A stretch of 64,000 bases of DNA, taken from IMG/VR virus record IMGVR_UViG_3300027770_000025, positions 248,001 through 312,000 of that record; one strand, written 5' to 3'. A program made the position numbers and the translations under genes. How positions within the stretch are numbered: position 1 is the first letter of the stretch; the number at the start of each line of letters is the position of its first letter. A model generated the notes under the pieces. That model was not told the DNA's origin and searched no databases. It saw only the letters and a list, made by a program, of their open reading frames with translations. Positions 50,121 through 60,104 of the stretch are shown in pieces.

Positions 50121-50393
50121 TTAGTATATATTTTCTTTAGGCCCAGCAGCATCCTTACCCGTATTGTTCTTTTGTATTTCAGCTGAAAGCGTTTTCATCA
50201 AAACCGATATTTCCTGATATATTCCAGCCTGTTGGTTTATACTTGCTATCTCTGAAGCAGTATCTCCAGGTTTTTTAGAATTCTTAGCATTTTTAATTGC
50301 ATCAAATTTTTGGGAAAGAGTTGTTTTTATTCCCTGTATTTTGGTCTCCCCGCTGTCTTCCTCGTTAATAACGAATTCTCTATATTTAAGCAT
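50121..50393 (-). CDS. Small putative internal head protein
   Basis: Likely start ATG 50393: MLKYREFVINEE. Confidence 0.6.
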   Translation of the reverse strand: MLKYREFVINEEDSGETKIQGIKTTLSQKFDAIKNAKNSKKPGDTASEIASINQQAGIYQEISVLMKTLSAEIQKNNTGKDAAGPKENIY

Positions 50394-51321
50394 ACTTTCT
50401 AGCAATTGTTATTTTAGATCTTAGATCTCTTATCTCATCCATATACTTCTCTCTAATCTCCTTTATTCTTTTAGAAGCTAGTTCTCTTGCTCGATCCGGA
50501 CTGGCTGAATTTTCAACTTCTTTATTTAGGATGTCCCTTTCCATATCCATAGCAACATATCTGTCGTTCCTCTCTTTTAAAAGGAAAGAAACAAGTTTTT
50601 TTCCTTGAGCTGGAACGTATTCTTTTATAGCATTTGTAAATTCGACTAAAGGAAGTTTAGCTACGAATTCAAACGAGGCATCGCTTTCATTCCCTGATTT
50701 AGTATAATTATCTGGACCTGATGTTGATTTAGTTGATCCTGATTTATCCTTAAATCTCTCCCCTGCTTCAATGTCTTTAGTCATCAGGTTTCCGTACTTA
50801 TTTCTGAAGTCAATATCTTTCTGCTTAGCTTTTAATAATGCTGCTTTATATTTAGAGTATAATGATCCAGAAAGCGAAGAATCTGCTAGGTTTTTAGCTC
50901 TCTTATACATCTCCTCAGCTATATCAGCATCAACTTTTGTTTTAAGCTTTTCCCAATATATTCTAACTCTTTTATTATCGCTTATGACATCTCTAACCTT
51001 AGTGAATATGCTTTCCGTCTTCTTCTCGTGAGATCTAGACTGAGCATCCATTAACTCATTATTTCTTTGAATCAAACGATCGATTCTTTTTATCTCTGCA
51101 GGATCGCTTTTGGTTTGGGATCTTTCTAGATCTAACTTATCGATCTCAACATTAATATCTTCCCATTTTTCAACATATTCAAGCTCTGCTGATCTGTACT
51201 CATTAGCTAATTTATCTAGTGATTCTATACTGCCACCAAAAGTTCCACTTAGCCAGTTTTTTATAGTGTCGAATATGCCAGCTTCATTTAAGCTGTCCCA
51301 TTCTTTAAATTTTAAAGTCAT
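50386..51321 (-). CDS. Coiled-coil putative internal head/core protein
   Basis: MTLKFKEWDSLNEAGIF N-terminus; charged helical protein; apparent paralog of the next gene. Confidence 0.6.
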   Translation of the reverse strand: MTLKFKEWDSLNEAGIFDTIKNWLSGTFGGSIESLDKLANEYRSAELEYVEKWEDINVEIDKLDLERSQTKSDPAEIKRIDRLIQRNNELMDAQSRSHEKKTESIFTKVRDVISDNKRVRIYWEKLKTKVDADIAEEMYKRAKNLADSSLSGSLYSKYKAALLKAKQKDIDFRNKYGNLMTKDIEAGERFKDKSGSTKSTSGPDNYTKSGNESDASFEFVAKLPLVEFTNAIKEYVPAQGKKLVSFLLKERNDRYVAMDMERDILNKEVENSASPDRARELASKRIKEIREKYMDEIRDLRSKITIARKYA

Positions 51322-51323
51322 AC

Positions 51324-52472
51324 CTAGTTGTTTAGTTTATCTTTTGCAGTTCTTAATTTACTGGCGTCAATATTACCTGAAGGAGTAACGAATACATCAG
51401 AAATTATTTTCTTAGTTCCTGAGTTTGCATCTTCACCATCAGCTATTCCTTGATTTATCATATTAGTTAACTTTGTGAACTCTTGCTCCTTGCTTAATGT
51501 CTTATCTATATCAGATTCAGTTTTGCCTAGATTCCTGAATAATTTTAATAGATTTTTCTTAGAATCCAAAGCTGAGCTAAGTTCAAGTAATTCAATCTTA
51601 GATTTTTCTATGTAAGATTTGCTAACCTTATCTGGATTAGCACCTATTCTTTTCTCCAATACTGTTAACTTTCTCTCGATATTTGCTCTTAAATCAGCAA
51701 TATCTTTTTCAAGTTCCTTTTTTCTCTCGATGATATCTTTTCCTCTTCTCCCCGCAACCTTTTTCTTTTCCTTTTCCGAATCTAAGGAAAGGTCCTCCGT
51801 ATCGGGTCCATTATCCTTCTTTTCTTCTTCCGATTTTTTATCCATTTGATCTTTCAGATTCTGAGCTTTCTCTTCTGCTTCTTTCTTTTTAGCATTAATC
51901 TTATCCTGAAACTTCTTGATGTCTACGTCGTCAGCTTTATCCCTAGCCAATTTATATTCAAGTTCAGCTAATGCAATTTCATCGTCTGCTCTTCCTGCCT
52001 CGTAATACTCTCTTCTTCTAGTGTTATTATCAATAACCTTAGAGACGAAATCTTTTGCTTTTTTTATCTTAAGTGAATGCGACTTAATGAAAGTTTCAAA
52101 CTCTTTCGTTTTAACGTCTCTTTCTCTTTCAACAGAGCTTATTTTTCCCTTGTCGTTTATTGAACTTAAACCATCTATTTCAGATTCCAGTTTTTCGATA
52201 TTTTCTTCGAAATTTGCTCTTTTCTCGATAGCATCAATTTCTAAATCTACAAGAAGCTTTCTTGCCTTATCGATCATTCCTACCCTAGATAAAGAGCCTA
52301 AGAAAAACTTAGAAAGTGAATTTTTAAGGTAGTCACCAAAGATGCCTTCGTTTACTGTGTGATTGGGTTCTGATCTCTCTAGGGAAGCAAACTCCTCACT
52401 AAGTTCACGGTCTACAGTTTCTATCAGAGACTCGTATTTTTTAAAATCATTAAAAGATGGTAGATTCTTCAT
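51324..52472 (-). CDS. Coiled-coil putative internal head/core protein
   Basis: MKNLPSFNDFKKYESLIE...VNEGIF; K/E-rich; GATATATA at 52499-52506. Confidence 0.6.
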   Translation of the reverse strand: MKNLPSFNDFKKYESLIETVDRELSEEFASLERSEPNHTVNEGIFGDYLKNSLSKFFLGSLSRVGMIDKARKLLVDLEIDAIEKRANFEENIEKLESEIDGLSSINDKGKISSVERERDVKTKEFETFIKSHSLKIKKAKDFVSKVIDNNTRRREYYEAGRADDEIALAELEYKLARDKADDVDIKKFQDKINAKKKEAEEKAQNLKDQMDKKSEEEKKDNGPDTEDLSLDSEKEKKKVAGRRGKDIIERKKELEKDIADLRANIERKLTVLEKRIGANPDKVSKSYIEKSKIELLELSSALDSKKNLLKLFRNLGKTESDIDKTLSKEQEFTKLTNMINQGIADGEDANSGTKKIISDVFVTPSGNIDASKLRTAKDKLNN

Positions 52473-52539
52473 TACAAAACAATACTTTTTTTATATTGTA
52501 TATATCCAATTGGAATTTTTATTCTTAACCAGGAAGCAC

Positions 52540-52570
52540 AAAAAAACCCTAGGATAAATCCTAGGGTTTT
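52540..52570 (-). terminator. Intrinsic terminator after the major capsid gene
   Basis: aaaaccctaggat-aa-atcctagggtttt hairpin with U-tract. Confidence 0.85.
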
Positions 52571-52588
52571 AATTATGCGTGAGTTAGA

Positions 52589-54319
52589 TTATGCTAAACC
52601 ACCAGCAGGTACGTTAACAAAGAATGTTAAGTACATAGTTTCTGGTAAGAAACCAGCTTCTACTAATGCGTATCTAGATTTAACTGCGATCTTAGGTGAC
52701 ATTGTTCCTTCAGAGATAGTCTGAATAGACTCTGCCATCATGTAAGGCATAAATTTGATACCTGGTTCATCGTCTCCACCTTTTCTTCCAACTAATACTC
52801 TTGTATCACCGTAGCTCATGTTTTGATCAACATATACAGTCATACCAGCAAGCGAACCTACAGGGTATAAAGTACCATTGTTTTGAGTTAAAGTGTTAGA
52901 GAATGGTGCGAAAGTGAATTGAGAGATATCTTGAAGTGCACTTGCAACTGCAGCGTTTGTAACGATGAAGTTAGCAGGACCTCTTCTACCTCTGTTAGCT
53001 ACCACGTTACCAGCTGCAAGAATTCTTGAGAATAATCTTCTTTGTAAAGTTGATAAGTTCTCATATCCTCCTGATGAAGGACCTGCAGGGATTACCATTG
53101 TAGATGTAGTGTCGTCTTTCTTAACATAAGCAGATGTAGTTGAAACACTACCGTTAATAATTAAGTTTAAGTTAAGGTTTTGGCTTTCTACGTTTAAGAA
53201 TTGTACGTGGTTAGACCATCCTAAAGCAAATGCTCTTGAAAGGATGTGTTTGTTGATTGCTTGAGAAACCTCATTAACCAATGCGTTCTCGATCATTGAA
53301 ATAACATCGATACCGAATTGTTTGTTAAGATCCTGAATTTGCTCAGTTGTAACTGAAGCAGCAACTTGGAAAGTTTCAGCTTCTACGAACTTAGTGAAAG
53401 TCGAAAGACCCATTGAGTTGTAGTAAGTAGATTCTCCAACACCTCTTAACATTGGGTTGTAAGTTTTAGTACCATCAACGTAAGGACCTTGGTAAGCTTG
53501 GTCGTTGTTGAAACCAGCACCAGAATAACCTTGGATGTGATCTTCTAAAGCTTTAACTAATTGTGCAGTTCCAGCTGAGTTTTGAGTGTAGAATCCTGAT
53601 CCACCAGCTCCAGTAACTACTTGATAAGGAGTACCGTTGAAATAAGTAGCAACGGGAGTACCTGATGCAATACCTGTGATTTGGAAGATAGGGAAACCAT
53701 CAATTCTTGATAGACCTACGAAAGTTAAAAGTAAAGTGGTGTTTATAGAAGCTGTAGCACCTACTGTGAAAGTTGTAGCATTAGCACCAGTAGCACCAGT
53801 AGCACCAGGGATACCTGAAGCAATTTGGTAAACTGGGAATTTAATCATTGAAGGAGCAGTAGCTAACTGATCAGCAGCTGAACTAGCAGCAGCAGCACCT
53901 ACTTTACCACCTGCGTATACGTAGTCTAAGTAAGACAGAATACCAGTTGGACCTGACATAGGGATAACAGGAACGATATCAAAACCTACAGTCTTCGCAG
54001 CTACCTGAATAGCTAATGGAAGTAATGAAGGGAATTTATCGCCTGAACCTTGCCAAGTGTTGTTATAAAAACCAGCGTTTGCGCCAGTTGTTAAAGCAGC
54101 AGCACCACCAAATGATGCTCCTGGGAATGCTGGAGGAGCAACAGTACCCATACCGTTTACTACGCCTAGTGAGTTGTATGCACCAGCAGATTCATTTAAT
54201 GAATGGTAATGACAATATTTAGTCAACCACCCTTTTTTGTTCTCGTCTGTGATACCAGCCTTGCTCTCAATAAGAGGTGACCAGGTTTCATAGATTTCTT
54301 GTTCGTTTATCAATTTCAT
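52589..54319 (-). CDS. gp23: Major capsid protein, T4 gp23-like
   Basis: VPVIPMSGPTG, TTEQIQDL, RGRRGPANFIV, FMPY and PKIAVKSRYAL are gp23 motifs. Start moved to ATG 54319 (MKLINE). Confidence 0.93.
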   Translation of the reverse strand: MKLINEQEIYETWSPLIESKAGITDENKKGWLTKYCHYHSLNESAGAYNSLGVVNGMGTVAPPAFPGASFGGAAALTTGANAGFYNNTWQGSGDKFPSLLPLAIQVAAKTVGFDIVPVIPMSGPTGILSYLDYVYAGGKVGAAAASSAADQLATAPSMIKFPVYQIASGIPGATGATGANATTFTVGATASINTTLLLTFVGLSRIDGFPIFQITGIASGTPVATYFNGTPYQVVTGAGGSGFYTQNSAGTAQLVKALEDHIQGYSGAGFNNDQAYQGPYVDGTKTYNPMLRGVGESTYYNSMGLSTFTKFVEAETFQVAASVTTEQIQDLNKQFGIDVISMIENALVNEVSQAINKHILSRAFALGWSNHVQFLNVESQNLNLNLIINGSVSTTSAYVKKDDTTSTMVIPAGPSSGGYENLSTLQRRLFSRILAAGNVVANRGRRGPANFIVTNAAVASALQDISQFTFAPFSNTLTQNNGTLYPVGSLAGMTVYVDQNMSYGDTRVLVGRKGGDDEPGIKFMPYMMAESIQTISEGTMSPKIAVKSRYALVEAGFLPETMYLTFFVNVPAGGLA

Positions 54320-54344
54320 GATTTTAGTTGTTTTTTTTTGTTTT

Positions 54345-56309
54345 TTATCTTTTTGGAAATTTTTGCTCAAGTGCAGAAGCAATATAATTCATATAATCTG
54401 AAGAATATCCTTGTGGTTTTGCAGTCTCGGCTACATTTTCACTCTCGTCAAGTTTTTGTACTCCAACTGTTTTAGCTCCAAGCTGACGTGTTGACCAGAA
54501 ATTTTTGATCTGATAAGGTGTATCTAAATTATAGAAGTTTGACTGAGCAACAATTGATTGCTGATGTCCTTCAGATAAAGATTCCCATACCGGAGCATAT
54601 TCTGCTGGCATTTGGTCAATAAACTTAAGACCTGTTTTAGAGGTGTCTTCTGACTCGTTAAGAGTTGTTTCGTTAGCCTTTTGTGTTTCGGCTGATGTTC
54701 TTACTGCTTTAGCAGCTTCGTTGATATTTGAAGCGGTTTTTTGTGTCTTAACCGATTCTATTAATGAATCAATCTGTGAAGTTAGGTTCTCGTAGTTTCC
54801 AGCAAAGCCAGATTCGTTAAGACCTGCTTCTGCAGATAGATTTACATTTTCTATTAATGATTGCGTAGATCCTATAGGCAATTTGTTAGCAACTGATTCT
54901 GCAATATACTCACTGTAAGCAATACCTTTGTTTAATTTCTCCGCAATGTATTCTGAATAATCTAATCCTTTATTAACATTCTCTGCTAAATAATCAGAAT
55001 ACTCAATGTTTTTGTTTAGATTCTCTGCAATGTATTCAGTGTATTCGATTCCGTTGTTTAATTTTTCTGCAACGTACTCAGTGTAAGCAATACCTTTATC
55101 TAAGCTTTCGCCAAGATATTCTGAATAAGCAATACCTTTATCTACGTTTTCTGCTAGATACTCAGAATATTGAACGCTTTGATCTAATTTTTCTGCTAGG
55201 TATTTAGAATACTCGATGTTCTTATCTACGCTCTCAGCTACATACTCTGAATAAGAAATAGATTTGTCAACATTCTCAGCTAGATATTTAGCATAAGAAA
55301 TATTTTTGTCTAGATTTTCAGCTAAATATTTACTGTAGCTAATATTGCTATCTAAGTTTTCTGCAAGATATTCGCCATACTTAATAGAATCTTCTAAATT
55401 CTCAGCTAAATATTCTGCATATTTTTCAAGCTTAGCAACTCTTTCCTCAAGAGCATCATTAGCTTTACTTAAATCTTCGGATTCGCTTAGCGATGTTTTT
55501 TGGGTTTTAGCCTCTGCGATAGCTGCTTTCATCGAATCCATTTCTTTTTTCAAGAATACTGAATACTGATTAAGCTCCTCCGCAGTAACAAATTCATTGT
55601 TCTCCATAAGGACTGATTTATTTTTATTGTCTGATTTATTCACGATTTTGTTGAATTCTTCGTTATTTTCAACTTTATATATCTTCAGTGAAGATTCTTT
55701 TTCGATACCTAAAGATTCATTTAAGCATTCTAATGAATTTAATATGCTATTATTTTTCATTGCTTGAAAATATTGAGATGTAAACCCTTCACTCTCATAT
55801 ACTCTTTCAAGCTGAGCATCCTTAAATCCAGGATCTGCTACTAGATCATAGGTAAAAATTTTCTTAATCGCCACCTTCTTATCGTTGCCAACGGATCCAG
55901 CTGCTCTTGAAGAAATAGAAAGAGGAACACCAGCATCTACTAGATTCTTAGCTATTCTACCCGCTGGGGTATCAAGAAGCTTAACCTTAATTTTAAGATC
56001 CCTATTGCTTTTGTCGTAGTTAAGATCTGTCACCATATGTGAGATATTCTTAAGTGATACGTCAAATTTCTCCGGGTGATCTAATTCTCCAACTAGTCTA
56101 TTCTGAGATATCTTATCTTTTAAATAATCTAGGTGAGGTAGATATTCGCTCTCTTCGTAAATTCTATTGTTGTTGTTCTCTTTACCGAAAACAGCAGCAA
56201 TACCTTCCAGAACGTAATCATCTTTATCAGACTTTTTAGCTTCTAGAACGGAATTCTGTCTTTCGAGGATGAATACCATGTTTTCGTTTATTGATTGCAG
56301 TTGTGGCAT
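54345..56309 (-). CDS. gp21: Prohead protease (T4 gp21-like) fused to a repetitive scaffold domain
   Basis: NNNNRIY, GELDHP, LLDTPAGRI, ISSRAAGSV and YDLVADPGF motifs, followed by 14-aa repeats; immediately upstream of the capsid gene. Confidence 0.92.
   Translation of the reverse strand: MPQLQSINENMVFILERQNSVLEAKKSDKDDYVLEGIAAVFGKENNNNRIYEESEYLPHLDYLKDKISQNRLVGELDHPEKFDVSLKNISHMVTDLNYDKSNRDLKIKVKLLDTPAGRIAKNLVDAGVPLSISSRAAGSVGNDKKVAIKKIFTYDLVADPGFKDAQLERVYESEGFTSQYFQAMKNNSILNSLECLNESLGIEKESSLKIYKVENNEEFNKIVNKSDNKNKSVLMENNEFVTAEELNQYSVFLKKEMDSMKAAIAEAKTQKTSLSESEDLSKANDALEERVAKLEKYAEYLAENLEDSIKYGEYLAENLDSNISYSKYLAENLDKNISYAKYLAENVDKSISYSEYVAESVDKNIEYSKYLAEKLDQSVQYSEYLAENVDKGIAYSEYLGESLDKGIAYTEYVAEKLNNGIEYTEYIAENLNKNIEYSDYLAENVNKGLDYSEYIAEKLNKGIAYSEYIAESVANKLPIGSTQSLIENVNLSAEAGLNESGFAGNYENLTSQIDSLIESVKTQKTASNINEAAKAVRTSAETQKANETTLNESEDTSKTGLKFIDQMPAEYAPVWESLSEGHQQSIVAQSNFYNLDTPYQIKNFWSTRQLGAKTVGVQKLDESENVAETAKPQGYSSDYMNYIASALEQKFPKR
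54897..55421 (-). repeat. Coding tandem repeat, 42-nt (14-aa) unit, 13 copies
   Basis: Y(S/A/T/G)(E/K/D)Y(L/V/I)(A/G)E counted 13 times at 14-aa spacing. Confidence 0.9.
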
Positions 56310-56336
56310 GTTTTTATACTACTTTTTTATGTTTAT

Positions 56337-56344
56337 TATATATC
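56337..56344 (-). promoter_or_regulatory. Putative late promoter GATATATA for protease-capsid genes
   Basis: Exact motif 27 nt upstream of the gp21 start. Confidence 0.65.
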
Positions 56345-56367
56345 GACAGAAAAAATTATTTTTTTGC

Positions 56368-58992
56368 TTATTCATATTTTATTCTATCCTTTGTCTGCTC
56401 AACAAATCTTTTAGCAAGTTCAAAGGCTTCACCATCTGTCACCCTATATTTTCTTGTTTTATCTCCAAAAGCAGCATATCTGTTTTTAAACTTAACCTCT
56501 GTAGTATCCCCCTTATCATCAAAAAATTCTTTTGCAAAAGTTATTGTTTTCCAATTTTCTATCTTAAGTGCCTCCTTATCCCTTGTGGTTAATATGGTAT
56601 CGAAGAGATTGACACCTCCAGGCAATTGTGTGTCTTTTATAACTGTAGAATTTTTTCTATCCTTAATATCAACGTCTTTGGCATTAGTTTTTATATAATA
56701 ATCATCCGCCTTGATATCTACATCTTTTTCCTTATCCTTATCCTTATCCTTATCATTATTAGAGTCATCAGCATCTTGAACCTCATCTTTGACAACTGGT
56801 TTAATCTCTTCTTTCTTTTCTACGTAATTATAAAGTCCTCTTTTAGTTTCTTCCAGCATCTCATCGGTATTAGGTTCAATCTCAATTGAATCACCATTTC
56901 TAGCCTCCCAGTCGATAGGATCTAATAAGAAGTTGGTAAAATCACCAGTCTCATATTTTCCTCTAAGCTTAGGATCTGCATAATCCCTCTCTACAACAAT
57001 ATAGATTGCTATTTCTGCAGGTCCGCTTTTTTGTTCAGAAGTTAGATCTATCATTTGTGATCCTTTAGAATCCATATCATCCTTTCCTTCTACCGAATTT
57101 CCACTTACTGTTTTAGTCTGAACGTTTTCGTCTTCTAATACAGGATACCCCTGTTTCTTAAAGTCAGAGAATTTAGTTATTACCTGAGACGATGTATTTA
57201 AGTTATCGTTAACCTCTACCTCTACCTTCTCTTCATCCTCAACAGGTTTTTGTTCAGCAGTTTCTATTTTATTTTCAGTCTCTCTTGATAAGGTAACCCC
57301 AAAAATCCTATCAAGATCAGCAGAAGAATATTTAGATAATTCCTCAGTGGTTACTTTTTTACCAACAACATTTATTATATTATCCTCAGAGTCACTGAAA
57401 TGAAACTCATACGATTCTGGTGCATCCGGATCAGATATCAATAATGTTCCAGACGAATTATCAAACTCGGACTCAAATAATTCCCAATCACATGAACCTT
57501 GGTAATTAAACAGAGCATTAAGATCATTCTCGATAGATAACATTTTAAAATCAAGATCTTCATTATCGAAATAGCCTCTTTCTACCACATCACTATTATC
57601 AAATGAGATTAAAGTTAGATCATACTTTGATATTTGCTTCTGTACTTCTTTCGAGTTGATCTGGCTTAATATGAATACTGATTCGGATCCTGTATCTGCA
57701 ACCTTTACTATCTCCATCGTTGTTCTAGTCTCATTGCTGAATAAGAATGAAACAGCCATTCCCCATCCTCCAGCAGGTTGTGACCAACATACGGTGATAG
57801 GCACACCAATCTTTATTGATTTTGGATCGAATGATTCTTTAGCAAAATCATCAACGTTTCCTAATCTAGGAGCTTGATTTCCACTATACCAATTCCAAGT
57901 TGATCCGACAGCATTAATAGCTAAAAGTGCCCAACCTATCGGATTTGTCCATTCTGCTGCTTTAACAATACTGCCTGCGGCTTTAGCTCCAGTAACAAAT
58001 CCTTTGACCATACCTAAAGATTTTGCTGCTATACCTGCATTCTGCATTCTGCCCAATGATCTCTGGAGTTTAGCTCCTTCTACCCCGGCCTTTCCTATCT
58101 TACTCCAGAATGAAACTGCTTTCATTGGATTTACTGCGCTCCAAATTCCCTTTATACCTTTACTGGCTTTAGTAAGCAGGCTAGCTGATTTTACTGCAGT
58201 CTTTCCTGTTCTTAGAAACTTTATTGCTTTCCAACCTCTTCTTAGAACAATTGCACCACCTAAATATTTAAGGCTAGCAAATATTGCGGTTCCTGCTACA
58301 GCATAAGTAGCTACTTTAATACCAGTATTAAGTGCGTCCTTTGCTAAACCAGGTCCAGTAGAATCTTCATCTACTTTTCCAGCTAGTTTTCTGTCACTGA
58401 TGTCAAATAACATAAACTTAGAGTTTTTGTTATTTGTCTCTAGAGGCATCATCTTATAGGCATCCAATGTCTCAATTAGATTAGCCCCAGACTCCTGATC
58501 TTCCAGACAAAGAAAAACAGCTTTTGGATTTCCTGGTGTCTGGCTCTTAACAATAAATTCATTATCCAATTTTCCGTCCGCCTCTAATTTATTATAGGCA
58601 AAGTGGAATTTTACAACCTTTTCCTCTTCTGACTTAGTATTGGCAGCATCTTCAAATACTGAATTGGAAATGAAATCACCAAATTTAGATACCCTTCCTT
58701 CTGGCTGAAATTCATTAGATTCCCTTAATGCTTTTTGCATAGAGTAACCGCTGCCTCCTAAAGATTCCCTAATTATCTCAGAAATATCCCCGTAGTTTGG
58801 TATTTCTTCGGAATCAGCAACCCATTCGCTAGGGTTTTTATCCAACCAATTTTTAAAGTCTGATGAGTATGCCCACCACTGAAAGTCTTCGAGTGATTGA
58901 CTTGTTGCTCCCTCCATTTTAATAGGTATAGTAAACATGGGGAAATCGTTTCCCCTAGCATATTTACCGTCTGTTGCTAATAATATTATCAT
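56368..58992 (-). CDS. Putative internal/ejection protein with a basic-hydrophobic membrane-active segment
   Basis: Acidic protein with a central Ala/Gly/Lys-rich segment ending TNPIGWALLAINAVG; adjacent to head genes. Confidence 0.5.
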   Translation of the reverse strand: MIILLATDGKYARGNDFPMFTIPIKMEGATSQSLEDFQWWAYSSDFKNWLDKNPSEWVADSEEIPNYGDISEIIRESLGGSGYSMQKALRESNEFQPEGRVSKFGDFISNSVFEDAANTKSEEEKVVKFHFAYNKLEADGKLDNEFIVKSQTPGNPKAVFLCLEDQESGANLIETLDAYKMMPLETNNKNSKFMLFDISDRKLAGKVDEDSTGPGLAKDALNTGIKVATYAVAGTAIFASLKYLGGAIVLRRGWKAIKFLRTGKTAVKSASLLTKASKGIKGIWSAVNPMKAVSFWSKIGKAGVEGAKLQRSLGRMQNAGIAAKSLGMVKGFVTGAKAAGSIVKAAEWTNPIGWALLAINAVGSTWNWYSGNQAPRLGNVDDFAKESFDPKSIKIGVPITVCWSQPAGGWGMAVSFLFSNETRTTMEIVKVADTGSESVFILSQINSKEVQKQISKYDLTLISFDNSDVVERGYFDNEDLDFKMLSIENDLNALFNYQGSCDWELFESEFDNSSGTLLISDPDAPESYEFHFSDSEDNIINVVGKKVTTEELSKYSSADLDRIFGVTLSRETENKIETAEQKPVEDEEKVEVEVNDNLNTSSQVITKFSDFKKQGYPVLEDENVQTKTVSGNSVEGKDDMDSKGSQMIDLTSEQKSGPAEIAIYIVVERDYADPKLRGKYETGDFTNFLLDPIDWEARNGDSIEIEPNTDEMLEETKRGLYNYVEKKEEIKPVVKDEVQDADDSNNDKDKDKDKEKDVDIKADDYYIKTNAKDVDIKDRKNSTVIKDTQLPGGVNLFDTILTTRDKEALKIENWKTITFAKEFFDDKGDTTEVKFKNRYAAFGDKTRKYRVTDGEAFELAKRFVEQTKDRIKYE

Positions 58993-58999
58993 TGTATTT

Positions 59000-59809
59000 T
59001 TATTTTTCTGTGTATATTTTATCGTAAGACTCGGAATTTACATCTATTAACTTTTCTATATATCCCTCGTTTCTAAGCTTCTTAAATGTTAAATTCCCTA
59101 TAGAGAACTCACCATCTTTACTTAATCCCTCTTTTCTCATCTTCATAATTTTCTCTTTCAGCTTAGTACTTCTCTTATAAAGCTCTTTTGCATTGTGTGG
59201 TAGAACTGAAGAAGCTACTAGTCTAGTGTGAAGCTGCTCAATCTCGTATGCCATAGCCTCGAATTTTTTATTCACATCCTTCTCGTCTATCTCTGGCGGA
59301 TCAAATACTGGGTTCTTTATCCATTCGTTATTCAGTAGAGAAAATAATCCAGATGAGTTATGGGGGAATTTAGCATCCTGTATATAAAGCTCGACGTCAT
59401 ATCCTCGAATAGCTACATTATGTCTTAGATTCCATATGAATCTAATACCATCTAAAGCTGATTTAAGTATCTGAGGATTTTCATCATCAATCCCCTCAAG
59501 ATTAACTATAACATGAACGTCAAGATCTGATAGATTTGTGTAATTGAAATTGGCTAGTGATCCGGTTAATTGGATATCGACTATATCTTTCTCTTTAAGT
59601 ATTTCGCCGAACTTTTTAAAAAAATCACCTGCTATCCTAAGAAGTTTTTTTCTAACCCTCTGGTCTAATGTCCATTCAATATCATCTCCCTTGGTTTTCT
59701 TAGTCCAAAAAATAGGGTTTAGCTCATCGTGATAGAATGGATTTACCTGTCTCTCTAGTATAGGAGAAGATAAGTTAATGTAATTTTTATAAGATAATAC
59801 TGAACCCAC
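59000..59809 (-). CDS. Pol-beta superfamily nucleotidyltransferase
   Basis: LTGSLANFNYTNLSDLDVHV (GS...DxD) plus VELY. Likely GTG start at 59809, downstream of GATATATA. Confidence 0.8.
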   Translation of the reverse strand: MGSVLSYKNYINLSSPILERQVNPFYHDELNPIFWTKKTKGDDIEWTLDQRVRKKLLRIAGDFFKKFGEILKEKDIVDIQLTGSLANFNYTNLSDLDVHVIVNLEGIDDENPQILKSALDGIRFIWNLRHNVAIRGYDVELYIQDAKFPHNSSGLFSLLNNEWIKNPVFDPPEIDEKDVNKKFEAMAYEIEQLHTRLVASSVLPHNAKELYKRSTKLKEKIMKMRKEGLSKDGEFSIGNLTFKKLRNEGYIEKLIDVNSESYDKIYTEK

Positions 59810-59826
59810 AAAAAAAGCTTTTCTTG

Positions 59827-59918
59827 TATATATCAAAGAAAAGCTTTAGATGTTATTATAAACTGAATATTTAGCTAGGGAAGCATACCTTTAGCATAAC
59901 TTCCATTACTGTACTAAC
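59827..59918. repeat. 92-bp direct repeat, copy 1 (3' end of exonuclease gene plus late promoter)
   Basis: Identical by eye to 60595-60686. Confidence 0.9.
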
Positions 59919-59985
59919 TCGAGAAGATAGTAGGGAAAGAGCTGTTAACTAATTCTCTTGCTTGGTCTAATGTGCGTTTTTCCAT
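59914..59985 (-). pseudogene. Truncated gene fragment (MEKRTLDQARELVNSSFPTIFSS*)
   Basis: ATG with an A-rich leader after a terminator; the frame stops as soon as it enters repeat copy 1. Confidence 0.5.
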
Positions 59986-60055
59986 TTTGTATATAGTTTT
60001 AATTGGTTATGAAGTAAATGTACAAATCCCCTACGTAGGAAAAAACCCTAGGCAC

Positions 60056-60087
60056 AAAAAAAATCCCTGGGGGTTACCAGGGATTTT
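60056..60087 (-). terminator. Intrinsic terminator
   Basis: aaaatccctgg-gggtta-ccagggatttt hairpin with U-tract after the 156-aa gene. Confidence 0.85.
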
Positions 60088-60104
60088 AATTTAATTTATT
60101 GGAA

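Noticed and set aside
54897-55421. CRISPR or non-coding repeat array
   Set aside because: 42-nt in-frame repeats conserved at protein rather than DNA level.
56729-56754. (TCCTTA)n microsatellite as a phase-variation switch
   Set aside because: The 6-nt unit keeps the frame and only encodes a DKDKDK low-complexity linker.
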